Below the pieces are notes generated by a model. It made no database searches, was not told where the DNA came from, and saw only the letters and a program-made list of their open reading frames with translations. 64,000 nt of DNA. Origin: Tidjanibacter sp. (lineage in GTDB: Bacteria; Bacteroidota; Bacteroidia; Bacteroidales; Rikenellaceae). Of this stretch, positions 36,988 through 49,123 are shown piece by piece. The stretch's first letter is position 1. The number at the start of each line of letters is the position of its first letter. Made by a program: the position numbers and the translations under genes. The stretch spans positions 66,331-130,330 of the forward strand of contig JAZNTX010000021.1 of assembly GCA_045591965.1 (NCBI GenBank), written 5' to 3'.

Positions 36988-38205
36988 TTATTTTTTGAGT
37001 TTGCTTACAATGTTGAATGTGTCGGTAGCAATAACGAGTTCCTCGTTGGTGCCGATAACCACAACCTTAACTTTTGATTCGGGGGTGGAGAGTACCTTGT
37101 CCTGACCTTTAACGCCAGCATTTGCAGCCTTGTCGAACTCAATACCCATAAACTCCATATCTTTGCAGACATACTCCCTCATCTCAGGACCGTTCTCGCC
37201 CACACCGCCGGTGAATACCAAGAGGTCGATGCCTCCCATTGCAGCGGCATACGAGCCAACATATTTCTTAACGCGGTAGAAATATGCCTCCTCAGCATCG
37301 ATAACCACCTGATTGCCAGCCTCCACAGCAGCCCTAATGTCGCGCATATCCGACGAAAGACCACCCGACAGACCATAGATGCCCGACTCTTTGTTGATGA
37401 GGTTCCAAATCTCCTCCATCGACTTACCCTCTTTGGTGTGGATGAAGTTGAGAACGCCAGCGTCAATAGCACCGCAACGAGTACCCATCATAAGACCATC
37501 TACGGGTGTCAATCCCATTGAAGTATCAATACTCTTGCCATTGAGGACAGCGGTTACCGAGCCACCATTACCGATGTGGCAAGTGACGATTTTGGAGTTG
37601 TGGAAGTCCAAACCAACCATTTTGGCAGCCTCCTCCGCTACGAAACGGTGGCTGGTGCCGTGGAAACCATAGGCACGCACCCTATACTCGTCGTAGTAAC
37701 GGCGGGGAATACCATAGAGGAACGCCCTTGCAGGCATTGTCTGGTGGAATGCAGTATCGAAGTTTGCCACCTGAGGAACACCTGGGAGGAGTTCGTTGAT
37801 GGCATAGATACCTTTGAGGTTTGCGGGAATGTGCAGGGGAGCCAAATCTACGCAACCCTCTACCAACTGCATAACATCTTCGTTGATGAGAGCACTCTCT
37901 TTGAACTGCTCGCCACCGTGAACTACGCGGTGACCCACAGCATCCAACTCTTTGAGTGAAGCGATAACGCCACTCTCGGGGTGGGTAATAGCCTTGATGA
38001 TAAGGTCAATACCAACGGTGTGGTCGGGAATGTCGCACACTGTTTTTACGGGCTCTTTGCCCGAAGGTTTGTGGGTGATTACGCCATCGTTGATGCCGAT
38101 GCGCTCAACCAAACCTTTGGCGAGGAGGTCATTACCGCCCTCTTCCATTTTGATTACCTGATACTTAATCGAACTGCTGCCGCAGTTAAGAACAAGAATT
38201 ACCAT
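36988..38205 (-). CDS. ackA: Acetate kinase
   Basis: LNCGSSSIK, HRVVHGG, APLH.PAN, YGFHGTSH, TSMGLTP. Confidence 0.95.
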   Translation of the reverse strand: MVILVLNCGSSSIKYQVIKMEEGGNDLLAKGLVERIGINDGVITHKPSGKEPVKTVCDIPDHTVGIDLIIKAITHPESGVIASLKELDAVGHRVVHGGEQFKESALINEDVMQLVEGCVDLAPLHIPANLKGIYAINELLPGVPQVANFDTAFHQTMPARAFLYGIPRRYYDEYRVRAYGFHGTSHRFVAEEAAKMVGLDFHNSKIVTCHIGNGGSVTAVLNGKSIDTSMGLTPVDGLMMGTRCGAIDAGVLNFIHTKEGKSMEEIWNLINKESGIYGLSGGLSSDMRDIRAAVEAGNQVVIDAEEAYFYRVKKYVGSYAAAMGGIDLLVFTGGVGENGPEMREYVCKDMEFMGIEFDKAANAGVKGQDKVLSTPESKVKVVVIGTNEELVIATDTFNIVSKLKK

Positions 38206-38250
38206 AGTGTTTTTATATAATTTTGAATTTTGAATTATGCATTTTGAATT

Positions 38251-38922
38251 CTATTGGTATTTGTAGCCCACGCCTTTGATGGTTACGATATGGTCCTCGC
38301 CAATTTTGGTGCGGAGTTTGCGGATGTGAACATCTATTGTTCGGTCGCCAACAATTACCTCGCTGCCCCATACGCAGGCGTAAATCTCCTCACGCGAGAA
38401 AACCTTATGAGGCTTGGAGTAGAGTAGTGCCAATAGTTGAAACTCCTTGCGTGGCAGAACAAGTTCCCTACCATTCTTGATAACCACGAACCTCTCCTTA
38501 TCGATAGTAACGGTGTCGTTAGAGGGAGTTGGTTCGCTACTCTCGCCACCCTCACCGCGTTTGAGAATGGCTTTGAGTCGGCTGACCAGCAGTCGTGGGT
38601 GGATAGGTTTTGTGATGTAGTCATCTGCTCCGAGGTCGAAACCTTGTAGTTGTGACTCGTCTTCGCCGCGTGCCGAGAGGAATACTATTAGAGAGCCTGC
38701 GAGTTCGGGAATCTTTTTGAGTTGTTCGCAGGTTTGCATACCATCCATCTCGGGCATCATTACATCGAGCAAAATTAGGTGAGGAAGAAACTCCTTTGCC
38801 TTCTCAATTGCCAAAATTCCGTTGGAGGCAGTCTCTACCTCGAAACCCTCGCGCGTGAGGTTGTAGCCCACAAATTCGAGAATGTCGGGCTCATCATCTA
38901 CAAGCAGAATGCGGTAACTCAT
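38251..38922 (-). CDS. OmpR/PhoB-family response regulator (no adjacent kinase)
   Basis: LVDDEP, LLDVMMP, GADDYITKP, RTIDVHIRKLR. Confidence 0.92.
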   Translation of the reverse strand: MSYRILLVDDEPDILEFVGYNLTREGFEVETASNGILAIEKAKEFLPHLILLDVMMPEMDGMQTCEQLKKIPELAGSLIVFLSARGEDESQLQGFDLGADDYITKPIHPRLLVSRLKAILKRGEGGESSEPTPSNDTVTIDKERFVVIKNGRELVLPRKEFQLLALLYSKPHKVFSREEIYACVWGSEVIVGDRTIDVHIRKLRTKIGEDHIVTIKGVGYKYQ

Positions 38923-39124
38923 AGTCTTTGGGTGGTATTAATCGTTTCAACCCCGAAAGGTAGTACTTTTTGCCGAGACTTCCTACAAAAAGATACCATA
39001 TTTATTTTAGGGGGTAAAATTTATTGCTTGGTGGTTGGAAAGTCGGGTAAAATGCCCTACATTTGTAGATTATCTGTGTGGTTGTAAGACCATACGGAGA
39101 AGTGAAACGTAAAAATTACTTTTT

Positions 39125-41083
39125 ATGACTACCGAAAAATTGAATTCTGTTCCCGAGGAACAAGTCGGCATTGCCGAAGATGCGAAAGTGGTTTCTACCG
39201 AAGAGAGTGCTGCTCAGGTGGAGTGCTCTGGTGTTGAAAATGAAGAAGTTGCTCCTTTGCAGGAGGTGAACTTCGCAGAGGAAGAGGCTGCATTGGCGGC
39301 CGAGTCCCCTGAATTTAGTCTCGAAAATGACGAGATTGTGGAAGAGGAGGCTGAAATTAATGACAAACTCTCGGCTTCGCTTGCCGTTGTTGGCAAGATG
39401 GCAAAGTCGGAGATTGTGGAGTATTTCGCGACTCTCTTAGAGGAAAAACCTGTGCAGACACTGCGCTACGATGTAGAGGCAGTGAAGGTTGCTTTCTACA
39501 AGAAACATCGTGCAGAGGTTGAAGAGTTGAAGAAGAATCATATTGAGCAAGGTGGCTTGGTAGAGGAGTTTGTGGCTCCCGTAGATGTGGACGAGGTAAG
39601 ACTCAAAGAGTACTTCGCCATCTATCGCACCAAGCGCGAGGAGTACATGGCTGGGCTCGAAAAGAGCAAAGAGGAGAATCTTAAAGTAAAACTCCAAATC
39701 ATCGAAGAACTTAAAGCACTCATCGAAACGGGCGAAACGGTAGGGCAGACCTTCCAGACCTTCCGCCAATTACAACAGCGTTGGAAAGAGGCTGGTGCTG
39801 TGCCTCAGGCGAATGTGAAGGATGTGTGGGAGACATACAACCTCCATGTGGAGAACTTCTATGATTTTGTGAAGATTAATAAGGAGTTGCGCGATTTGGA
39901 CTTGCAGCGTAACTTGGAGTCTAAGACGGCTCTCTGCGAGGCTGCCGAGTCGCTCGCTGCCGAGAACTCTATTGTGGCTGCCTTCCGCAAGTTGCAGGAT
40001 TTGCACGAGCAGTGGAGGGAGATAGGTCCTGTGGCTCGCGAGCAAAAAGATGCTATTTGGGAGCGTTTCAAGGAGGCTTCCTCGCGCATCAACCGTCGCC
40101 ATCAGGAGTATTTCGAGGGTATCAAGGAGGAGCAGAAGAAAAACCTTGCACTGAAAACCGAGTTGTGTGAGAAGGCAGAGGCTCTCTCTACCGAGATGAT
40201 AACAACTCGCAAGGAGTGGAATAAGGCCTCCGACAAACTGATTGAAATCCAGAAGGTATGGAAGACCATAGGCTTTGCTCCCAAGAAGGATAATACCAAG
40301 ATTTATGAGCGTTTCCGCGCGGCTTGCGACAAGTTCTTTGAACTCAAACGCTCGTTCTATGAGGGCGTTAAGACCGAAATGGAGCACAACTTACAACTCA
40401 AATTGGAGATTTGTGAGGCTGCCGAGGCTATTCAGGATAGCGAGCAGTGGAAGAAGAGCGCAGACGAACTCATTGAGTTGCAGAAACGCTGGAAGGAGAT
40501 TGGTCCCGTTTCGCGCCGTCACTCAGACGCTGTATGGAAGAGGTTTAGGGCTGCTTGTGACCACTTCTTTGCACGCAAGAGCGAGTACTTTGCGGGTGTC
40601 GATGCAGAGCATACCGCCAATCTTGAAAAGAAAAACGCACTCTTGGTCGAGATAGAGAGTTTTGATATTTCGGGTGGCTCAATAGAGGATATTAAGGAGT
40701 TTCAGAGGCGTTGGAGCGAGATTGGTCATGTGCCCATCAAGGAGAAAGACGCTCTGCAAAAACGCTATCGTGCCGCAATAGACCGCCTCTTTGCCGTATT
40801 GCGCGGTGGCGATAGGGAGCGTAGGGCTGAGAATTTTAGGAATAAAATTAACTCGATGAAAGGCAATGGTGGTAAGTTGCGCACCGAGCGCGATAGGCTC
40901 TATAACAAGGTAAAACAACTCGAAGCAGATATTGCAACCTTGGAGAACAACATAGGTTTCTTTGCACGCTCGAAGGGTGCTGAGGCACTCATCCGCGATG
41001 TGGAGAACAAGATTGCGAGGGCTAAGCAGGAGATGGCAGACACCATTGAGAAAATTAACCTCATCGACAGCGAGCAAGAGTAG
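39125..41083 (+). CDS. DUF349-domain protein
   Basis: Repeated NL..K..LCE.AE ... W..IG.V ... W.RF..ACD.FF helical units. Confidence 0.88.
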   Translation: MTTEKLNSVPEEQVGIAEDAKVVSTEESAAQVECSGVENEEVAPLQEVNFAEEEAALAAESPEFSLENDEIVEEEAEINDKLSASLAVVGKMAKSEIVEYFATLLEEKPVQTLRYDVEAVKVAFYKKHRAEVEELKKNHIEQGGLVEEFVAPVDVDEVRLKEYFAIYRTKREEYMAGLEKSKEENLKVKLQIIEELKALIETGETVGQTFQTFRQLQQRWKEAGAVPQANVKDVWETYNLHVENFYDFVKINKELRDLDLQRNLESKTALCEAAESLAAENSIVAAFRKLQDLHEQWREIGPVAREQKDAIWERFKEASSRINRRHQEYFEGIKEEQKKNLALKTELCEKAEALSTEMITTRKEWNKASDKLIEIQKVWKTIGFAPKKDNTKIYERFRAACDKFFELKRSFYEGVKTEMEHNLQLKLEICEAAEAIQDSEQWKKSADELIELQKRWKEIGPVSRRHSDAVWKRFRAACDHFFARKSEYFAGVDAEHTANLEKKNALLVEIESFDISGGSIEDIKEFQRRWSEIGHVPIKEKDALQKRYRAAIDRLFAVLRGGDRERRAENFRNKINSMKGNGGKLRTERDRLYNKVKQLEADIATLENNIGFFARSKGAEALIRDVENKIARAKQEMADTIEKINLIDSEQE

Positions 41084-41095
41084 TAGAATGATTAA

Positions 41096-42742
<1,647 letters not shown>

Positions 42743-42776
42743 TTGAATATAAAATAGAAAAATAGAGTAAAAAGGA

Positions 42777-44792
42777 ATGGATAAAAAGAGTATAATCGGC
42801 TTCGTACTGATGGGTTTGATACTCTTCGGTTACAGTTGGTATCAGGGAGAGCAGGCAGAAAAACAGAGGGAGGCTTATTACGCTGCTCAGAGGGAGCAGT
42901 TTGTGGCAGACTCCATTGATAGAGCCATGTACCCCGAGAAGTATATCAACGAGGTAGTGGCTCAGAACCAAGAGGATACACGCCGCGCAGAGGCTATTGC
43001 TTCCTACCAACATGAGGCTCAAAAACGCTTTGAAAGCGAACTTTCGCGTAACTTTGGAGAGATGCTCGTAGGTGCATTGAGTGGCGAGGAGCAATTCTAC
43101 ACACTCGAAAATGATGTGATGACGATGACCATCTCTTCGCTTGGTGGTAAGGTGTCGGATGTAACGCTCAAAGAGTATCGCAAATACGCCGAAGAGGGCG
43201 AGGAGGGCGAACTTGTAAAGATGTTCGACCCTGAGAGTGCGAAATTCGATTTGGGCTTCTATATGCGCCGTGGCTATAACGAGAGCAAACTCAATACCGA
43301 GGGCTTCTATTTTATCTCGGATGGTGTGCAGAGAGTGACGCTTGCTGATGGTACAGAGGTTCAAGAGGTTACTATGCGCCTGCCCATCGAGGAGGGCTCG
43401 GCAGTGGAGTTTGTCTACACAATGCGCGAGGGCGACTATATGGTCGATTTCGATGTGAGGTTTGTGGGTATGAACGAGTGGTTGCGCAATGCTACATCGT
43501 TTGACATTACTTGGAACAATACCTCCTATCAGAATGAGCGCGGCTACAAGAATGAGAATATGTACACCACCATCTCCTACCTCTTCCCCGAGGAGCGCAA
43601 GGTGGAGAAGTTGCCCTTGGCAGAGGTCGGTAAGCGCGGAGGTGGTAGCCGTAGTGAAACCATTAAGACCGAGTTTGAGTGGTTTGCTTTCCAGCAGCAG
43701 TTCTTCTCCTCGATTATGATTGCCCCCGAGGGTTTTAGCAATGGCGAGGTTGGTTTCGATACATACAAACCCGATAGTGGCTATATTAAAGACTTTAAGG
43801 CGAGTGTAAGTGTTCCCTTTGATAGTCAGAAGAGTACATATAATTTCAAATTCTACTATGGTCCCAACAAGTATTCGCTCCTGAAAGAGTACGACCTCGG
43901 TTTGGAGAAGGTTGTACAACTTGGTGGTAGGCTCGTAAGTTGGGTAAACCGTTGGATTGTAATCCCCGTATTCGACATTTTGAGTCGCTTTATTGGCAGT
44001 TATGGTTTGATAATTCTGCTTCTTACACTATTTATCAAACTGCTCATCTTCCCCTTGACCTATAAGTCGATGATTTCGTCTGCAAAGATGAGGGCTATAC
44101 GCCCCGAAATTATGGCTATTCAGGCTAAGTATCCCAAGGCGCAGACCGACCAGCAGGAGATGATGAAGAGCCAGCAGGCAACAATGGAACTCTATAAGAA
44201 GTATGGTGTGAGCCCTATGGGAGGCTGTCTGCCTATGCTTATCCAGTTCCCCGTGCTGATTGCGATGTTCCGATTCTTCCCCACGGCTATTGAGTTGCGT
44301 GGCGAGAGTTTCCTCTGGATGAAAGACCTCTCGACCTACGATAGCGTCTTGAATTTGCCTTTCAATATTCCATGGTATGGCAACCATGTTAGCCTTATGG
44401 CGCTTATCATGGCTGTGACTTTGTTCTTCTACACCAAACTCACCTACAAAGAGCAAGAGCAACAGACCGCCGCAGCCCCTGGTATGGCAGGTATGAAGTT
44501 TATGATGCTCTACTTTACGCCCCTTATGATGCTTATGTGGATGAATAACTATGCGAGCGGTTTGTGCTACTACTACTTTGTGTCGCAGATAGTTACAATT
44601 ATCATCAACTTTGCATTCCGCTATGGCATCAGCGAGGAGAAACTCCGCGCCAAGATGCTTGCCAAGGCTAAGGTTGCGGCAGCGGCTCCCAAGAAGAAGA
44701 GCAAGTGGCAACAGAGGCTCGAAGAGGCTCAGCGCCAACAAGAGGCAATGCTGAAAGAGCGCGAAAGGAAACAATACCGCTCGAAACACTAA
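42777..44792 (+). CDS. yidC: Membrane protein insertase YidC
   Basis: N-terminal TM, periplasmic domain, YYGPN, GCLPMLIQFP, GLCYY. Confidence 0.95.
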   Translation: MDKKSIIGFVLMGLILFGYSWYQGEQAEKQREAYYAAQREQFVADSIDRAMYPEKYINEVVAQNQEDTRRAEAIASYQHEAQKRFESELSRNFGEMLVGALSGEEQFYTLENDVMTMTISSLGGKVSDVTLKEYRKYAEEGEEGELVKMFDPESAKFDLGFYMRRGYNESKLNTEGFYFISDGVQRVTLADGTEVQEVTMRLPIEEGSAVEFVYTMREGDYMVDFDVRFVGMNEWLRNATSFDITWNNTSYQNERGYKNENMYTTISYLFPEERKVEKLPLAEVGKRGGGSRSETIKTEFEWFAFQQQFFSSIMIAPEGFSNGEVGFDTYKPDSGYIKDFKASVSVPFDSQKSTYNFKFYYGPNKYSLLKEYDLGLEKVVQLGGRLVSWVNRWIVIPVFDILSRFIGSYGLIILLLTLFIKLLIFPLTYKSMISSAKMRAIRPEIMAIQAKYPKAQTDQQEMMKSQQATMELYKKYGVSPMGGCLPMLIQFPVLIAMFRFFPTAIELRGESFLWMKDLSTYDSVLNLPFNIPWYGNHVSLMALIMAVTLFFYTKLTYKEQEQQTAAAPGMAGMKFMMLYFTPLMMLMWMNNYASGLCYYYFVSQIVTIIINFAFRYGISEEKLRAKMLAKAKVAAAAPKKKSKWQQRLEEAQRQQEAMLKERERKQYRSKH

Positions 44793-44798
44793 AACCAG

Positions 44799-44836
44799 AA
44801 AAAAGAGAGGAATAGTGACTGATTCCTCTCTTTTTT
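44799..44836. terminator. Intrinsic terminator
   Basis: 15-bp perfect stem AAAAAAGAGAGGAAT/ATTCCTCTCTTTTTT. Confidence 0.8.
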
Positions 44837-44854
44837 GGTTTTAGTATTTGTTAT

Positions 44855-45007
44855 AGGAGAACTAGGAGTACTAGGAAATCCCAGAAGCCCTAGTACTCCT
44901 AGTACTCCTAGTAGTCATAGTAGCCATAGTCCCCCTTTGGTCACGAGTATTAAAAAAGATACCCGTGACCAAAGGGGGCAACTTTCAACTCTCAACTTTC
45001 AATTCTA
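44855..45007. repeat. Composite intergenic repeat mosaic, site C
   Basis: 9-mer repeats (CTAGTACTC-type), CCCCC...GGGGG hairpin at 44931-44978, heptamers at 44979-45006. Confidence 0.8.
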
Positions 45008-47671
45008 CAACCCTGTGATTTTCTTAATCTCGTTGAGCGTATTGAGGGCTTCGAGGGGTGTGAGATTATTGATATCGAGGTCGCGAATTTGGTCGCGTAT
45101 CTGCACCAAAACGGGATCATCGAGTTGGAACATAGAGAGTTGTATGCCCATCTGTGGAGAGGGTTGCGCCGCCTTTACTTTGGGCATAGCCTTGCCACCC
45201 TTACCCTTTGAGGCGGACTGCTCAACGGCGAGCGAGTCGTCGGCATGGGAGGCAACAAGCACCGAGAGAATCTCCTCGGCACGCTCCACAACTTTCGAGG
45301 GCATACCCGCAAGCCTTGCGACATGAATACCAAACGAGTTGTCCGTACCGCCCCTCTGCAACTTGCGCAGGAAGAGTACAGAACGGTTTACCTCCTTGAC
45401 AGATACATTGTAGTTCTTGACTCTCGCGAGGCTCTCTTCCATTTGATTAAGTTCGTGGTAGTGTGTCGCGAAGAGTGTCTTAGCCTTGGCTCTGGGGTGG
45501 TTGTGGAGGTACTCCACCATACTCCACGCAATAGAAATGCCATCGTAAGTACTCGTACCCCTACCAATCTCGTCGAGGAGTACAAGGCTACGGTCGGTGA
45601 CATTGTTGAGAATGGCGGCACTCTCCAACATCTCCACCATAAAGGTACTCTCGCCCTGTGAGATGTTGTCGCTTGCGCCCACGCGAGTGAAAATCTTGTC
45701 CACAATGCCAATGTGTGCGCTCGAAGCGGGAACATAGCAGCCTATCTGAGCCATGAGCACAATGAGAGCCGTTTGGCGCAAGAGCGCACTCTTACCCGAC
45801 ATGTTGGGACCCGTAATCATCATAATCTGCTGACTCTCAGTATCGAGTACCACATCATTGGGTACATACTGCTCGCCTACGGGCATCAGCATCTCGATAA
45901 CGGGGTGGCGACCATCGCGTATCTCTATACGCTTGTCGTCGGCAATCTCGGGGCGCACATAACCTCTCTCTGTTGCAAGCCTTGCGAAGGATGCTAAGCA
46001 GTCGAGGAGGGCTATAACTGAGGCGTTGCGCTGCAACTCGGCGAGTGATTGCGAGAGGTAGCCCAGAAGTTCGCCCCATAGACGAGCCTCAATGGCGAGA
46101 ATCCTCTCCTCGGCACCGAGCACCTTCTCTTCGTACTCTTTCAGTTCGGCAGTGATGTAACGCTCGGCACCAACGAGTGTCTGTTTGCGTATCCACTCGG
46201 CGGGTACTTTGTCTTTGTGGGTGTTGCGCACCTCAATATAGTAGCCAAAAACATTGTTGAAACTCACTTTCAGCGAGGGAATACCTGTGCGCTGGCTCTC
46301 GCTCTGCTGTATTTCGGCAATACGGTCTTTGCCGTGAAGGGCAATGCTGCGTAACTCATCCAACTCCAAATCAACACCATCGGCAATAATTCCTCCCTTT
46401 TGTATCTGGTTGTTGTGAGGGTCGGGGTAGATGGTCTTGGCGATTGTGCGCCTCTGCTCCTCCATAGCATGGAGCCTCTCGCCAATACCAGCAAGTGGTT
46501 CGCTATCGCTCTCGGCAAGGAGTAATTTGAGTTGTTCAACGGCTCCGAGCGACTCCCTAAGGGCGTTTACCTCGCGAGGAGTTATGCGCCCTGTGGCTAT
46601 GCGCGAAGAGAGCCTTTCGAGGTCGCTGATAGCACTAAGACTCTCGGTAATAGCCTCACTCATCTCGGGCGAAGATTTCACTGCCTCTACAATATCAAGC
46701 CTGCGCTGTAATTTCTCAACATCTTTGATAGGCATCGTCACCCAGTGACGCAAGAGCCTTGCTCCCATAGGGGTAGAGGTGCGGTCTATGGCTCCGATGA
46801 GCGAGCCTTTGCCGTCTGCTGCCCCCGAGGAGAGAAGTTCCAAGTTGCGTATCGTAAAGCGGTCTATCCATACATAGCCATCGCTGTCGATACGCGATAT
46901 GGAGTTGATGTGTGCAATATCCTTGTGTTCGGTGTAGTCCAAATAGTGCAACGCGGCACCGGCAGCCGTGATAGCAGCACCCATACGCTCAATGCCGTAG
47001 CCTTTTAGGCTTGTAACGCCCATCTGCTTGCAGAGCCTCTTGCGTGCCACCTCGCAGTTGAAAACCCACTTGTCGAGTCGGTAGGAGTAGTTGTTACCAC
47101 TCACAGCGTGCGCAAACATTGCCTCTTTGCCCCTCTCGTAGATAATCTCTTTGGGCTGAAAGGCTGCAATGAGTTTGTCGGTGTAACTGTCGTCACCCTC
47201 GCCAACATAGAACTCGCCCGTAGAGAGGTCGAGTAGGGCTATGCCGTTGCGCTTGTCGTCAAGGTGCAATGCCGCAAGAAAGATGTTCTCGCGCGAGGAG
47301 AGAACACTCTCGTCCATAACCACACCGGGGGTAACGAGTTCCACCACGCCACGCCTAACAAGCCCCTTGACACTCTTGGGGTCTTCGAGTTGCTCACAAA
47401 TAGCCACCCTGCGACCAGCGCGTACCAATTTGGGCAGGTAGTTGTTCACGGCATGGTAGGGGAAACCAGCCATCTCTATAAAGTTGCCGGGTCCGTTACC
47501 TTTGCGTGTGAGTGCAATGCCGAGTATGGAGGCAGCCTCCACAGCATCCTCACCGTATGTTTCGTAGAAGTCGCCCACGCGGAACAGCAATATCGCATCA
47601 GGGTGTGTAGCCTTGACCGAGAAGTATTGCTGCATCAGCGGAGTCTCTTTTTTCTTTTCTTGCTTTGCCAC
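45005..47671 (-). CDS. mutS: DNA mismatch repair protein MutS
   Basis: TPLMQQY, FRVGDFYE, TGPNMSGKS, DEIGRGTST, FATHYHEL. Confidence 0.97.
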   Translation of the reverse strand: MAKQEKKKETPLMQQYFSVKATHPDAILLFRVGDFYETYGEDAVEAASILGIALTRKGNGPGNFIEMAGFPYHAVNNYLPKLVRAGRRVAICEQLEDPKSVKGLVRRGVVELVTPGVVMDESVLSSRENIFLAALHLDDKRNGIALLDLSTGEFYVGEGDDSYTDKLIAAFQPKEIIYERGKEAMFAHAVSGNNYSYRLDKWVFNCEVARKRLCKQMGVTSLKGYGIERMGAAITAAGAALHYLDYTEHKDIAHINSISRIDSDGYVWIDRFTIRNLELLSSGAADGKGSLIGAIDRTSTPMGARLLRHWVTMPIKDVEKLQRRLDIVEAVKSSPEMSEAITESLSAISDLERLSSRIATGRITPREVNALRESLGAVEQLKLLLAESDSEPLAGIGERLHAMEEQRRTIAKTIYPDPHNNQIQKGGIIADGVDLELDELRSIALHGKDRIAEIQQSESQRTGIPSLKVSFNNVFGYYIEVRNTHKDKVPAEWIRKQTLVGAERYITAELKEYEEKVLGAEERILAIEARLWGELLGYLSQSLAELQRNASVIALLDCLASFARLATERGYVRPEIADDKRIEIRDGRHPVIEMLMPVGEQYVPNDVVLDTESQQIMMITGPNMSGKSALLRQTALIVLMAQIGCYVPASSAHIGIVDKIFTRVGASDNISQGESTFMVEMLESAAILNNVTDRSLVLLDEIGRGTSTYDGISIAWSMVEYLHNHPRAKAKTLFATHYHELNQMEESLARVKNYNVSVKEVNRSVLFLRKLQRGGTDNSFGIHVARLAGMPSKVVERAEEILSVLVASHADDSLAVEQSASKGKGGKAMPKVKAAQPSPQMGIQLSMFQLDDPVLVQIRDQIRDLDINNLTPLEALNTLNEIKKITGL

Positions 47672-47695
47672 TTTGTATATTGTTTGGGTTGTTCT

Positions 47696-48367
47696 CTATT
47701 CCTTGTATAGCGAGCGGATGGTTTCGAGGTCTATGGTGGTAAAATCCTTGGCGATAATCTGTGCGCCCTCCTCGCGTAGTTGTTCGGCGGTGTGGGTAGT
47801 TGTGAGTGCTATGACCTTCATACCCGCTGCCTTGGCTGCCCTCACTCCCGAGAGTGCATCCTCAAAAACTAAGCACTCGTTGGGTTCTAAGCCCAATTTT
47901 TGGGCGGCTGTGAGAAATATCTCTGGGTCGGGTTTGCAGAGTGTAACCATATCGCCACTGATGCGAGCCGAGAAAAAAGGCTCGATAAGGCACTTGCGGA
48001 GTACAAAATCGACATTCTCGCGTGGTCCCGAAGAGCCCACAGCACATCTGATGCCCGCACCATGGAGGCTTTCGAGCAATCTAACCAAGCCCTCGGTCGG
48101 CTTGATTGTAGGTTCGTAAATCTCGCGATAGAGAGCCTCCTTCTCGTCAGCCAACGCCTGTACACCCTTCTCGGCTACGAGTTCGGCAGGGAATAGGGCA
48201 GTTATAATATCGTCGTTACCCCTGCCATTGAGATGAGTTAGGTCTATATTATTACCGCTCTCCGGAGAGAGATTGTATCGCATTGCCATTGCAGCAAAGG
48301 CCTGAAAGTGAACACCCATATTGTTCACCAACACACCGTCCATATCAAATATGACACCTTTTACCAT
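47696..48367 (-). CDS. HAD-family phosphatase (beta-PGM-like)
   Basis: FDMDGVL, KPDPEIF, FEDA..G. Confidence 0.88.
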   Translation of the reverse strand: MVKGVIFDMDGVLVNNMGVHFQAFAAMAMRYNLSPESGNNIDLTHLNGRGNDDIITALFPAELVAEKGVQALADEKEALYREIYEPTIKPTEGLVRLLESLHGAGIRCAVGSSGPRENVDFVLRKCLIEPFFSARISGDMVTLCKPDPEIFLTAAQKLGLEPNECLVFEDALSGVRAAKAAGMKVIALTTTHTAEQLREEGAQIIAKDFTTIDLETIRSLYKE

Positions 48368-48448
48368 AAGATACTCTCTATTTGTGTGCAAATTTAAGCA
48401 AAATTATTACCTTTGTAAATCGTTGAAACCAAAAAAGTGGAAAAAGAT

Positions 48449-49093
48449 ATGTCCGAAATGCAGGCTTTACCCGAAAAGACAGTCGAGCGACTTAGTGAAT
48501 ATCGCCGTACATTGCTGCGTTGCCAAAAGCAGGGCATCACTCACATATTCTCTCATGTTCTTGCCGGTATGCACGGACTTACGGCTGTGCAGGTGCGTAG
48601 AGATTTGATGCTCATAGGCTTTTCGAGCGACACGAAGAAAGGCTACGATGTGAGCGTGTTGGCAGACTTTATAAGTGATATTCTCGACTCGCCACAGCCT
48701 ATGAACATTGGCGTTATAGGTATGGGACACCTCGGTCAGGCAATTACCAAATATTTCAACAGCAAGGGTTTGAATTTGAAAATTGTTGCGGCATTTGATA
48801 TTGATGACCAAAAGGTGGGAACCACGATAGACGAAATTCCTTGCTACTCGATGTTGGAGTTTGCCGAGAGGGTGGAGGAGTTAGATATCAACATTGCGAT
48901 TATTTCGTGTCCAACAAGGGTTGCAGAGGATGTTGTGTTGCCAATTGTCAATGCGGGTATAAAAGGTGTGCTAAATTTCACTTCCAAGCCGCTCAACTTT
49001 CCACTCGGCATTGTCGTTGAGAACTACGACATTACGACCCTGCTCGAAAAGGTGGCATACTTTGTGAAAGAGCAGGAGAATTTGGATATTTAA
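48449..49093 (+). CDS. rex: Redox-sensing repressor Rex
   Basis: LPEKTVERL..Y.R, QVRRDL...G...KGYDV, GMGHLG Rossmann motif, LNF. Confidence 0.88.
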   Translation: MSEMQALPEKTVERLSEYRRTLLRCQKQGITHIFSHVLAGMHGLTAVQVRRDLMLIGFSSDTKKGYDVSVLADFISDILDSPQPMNIGVIGMGHLGQAITKYFNSKGLNLKIVAAFDIDDQKVGTTIDEIPCYSMLEFAERVEELDINIAIISCPTRVAEDVVLPIVNAGIKGVLNFTSKPLNFPLGIVVENYDITTLLEKVAYFVKEQENLDI

Positions 49094-49123
49094 TCCCCCT
49101 TTCAATAACCCCCTATCACACAA

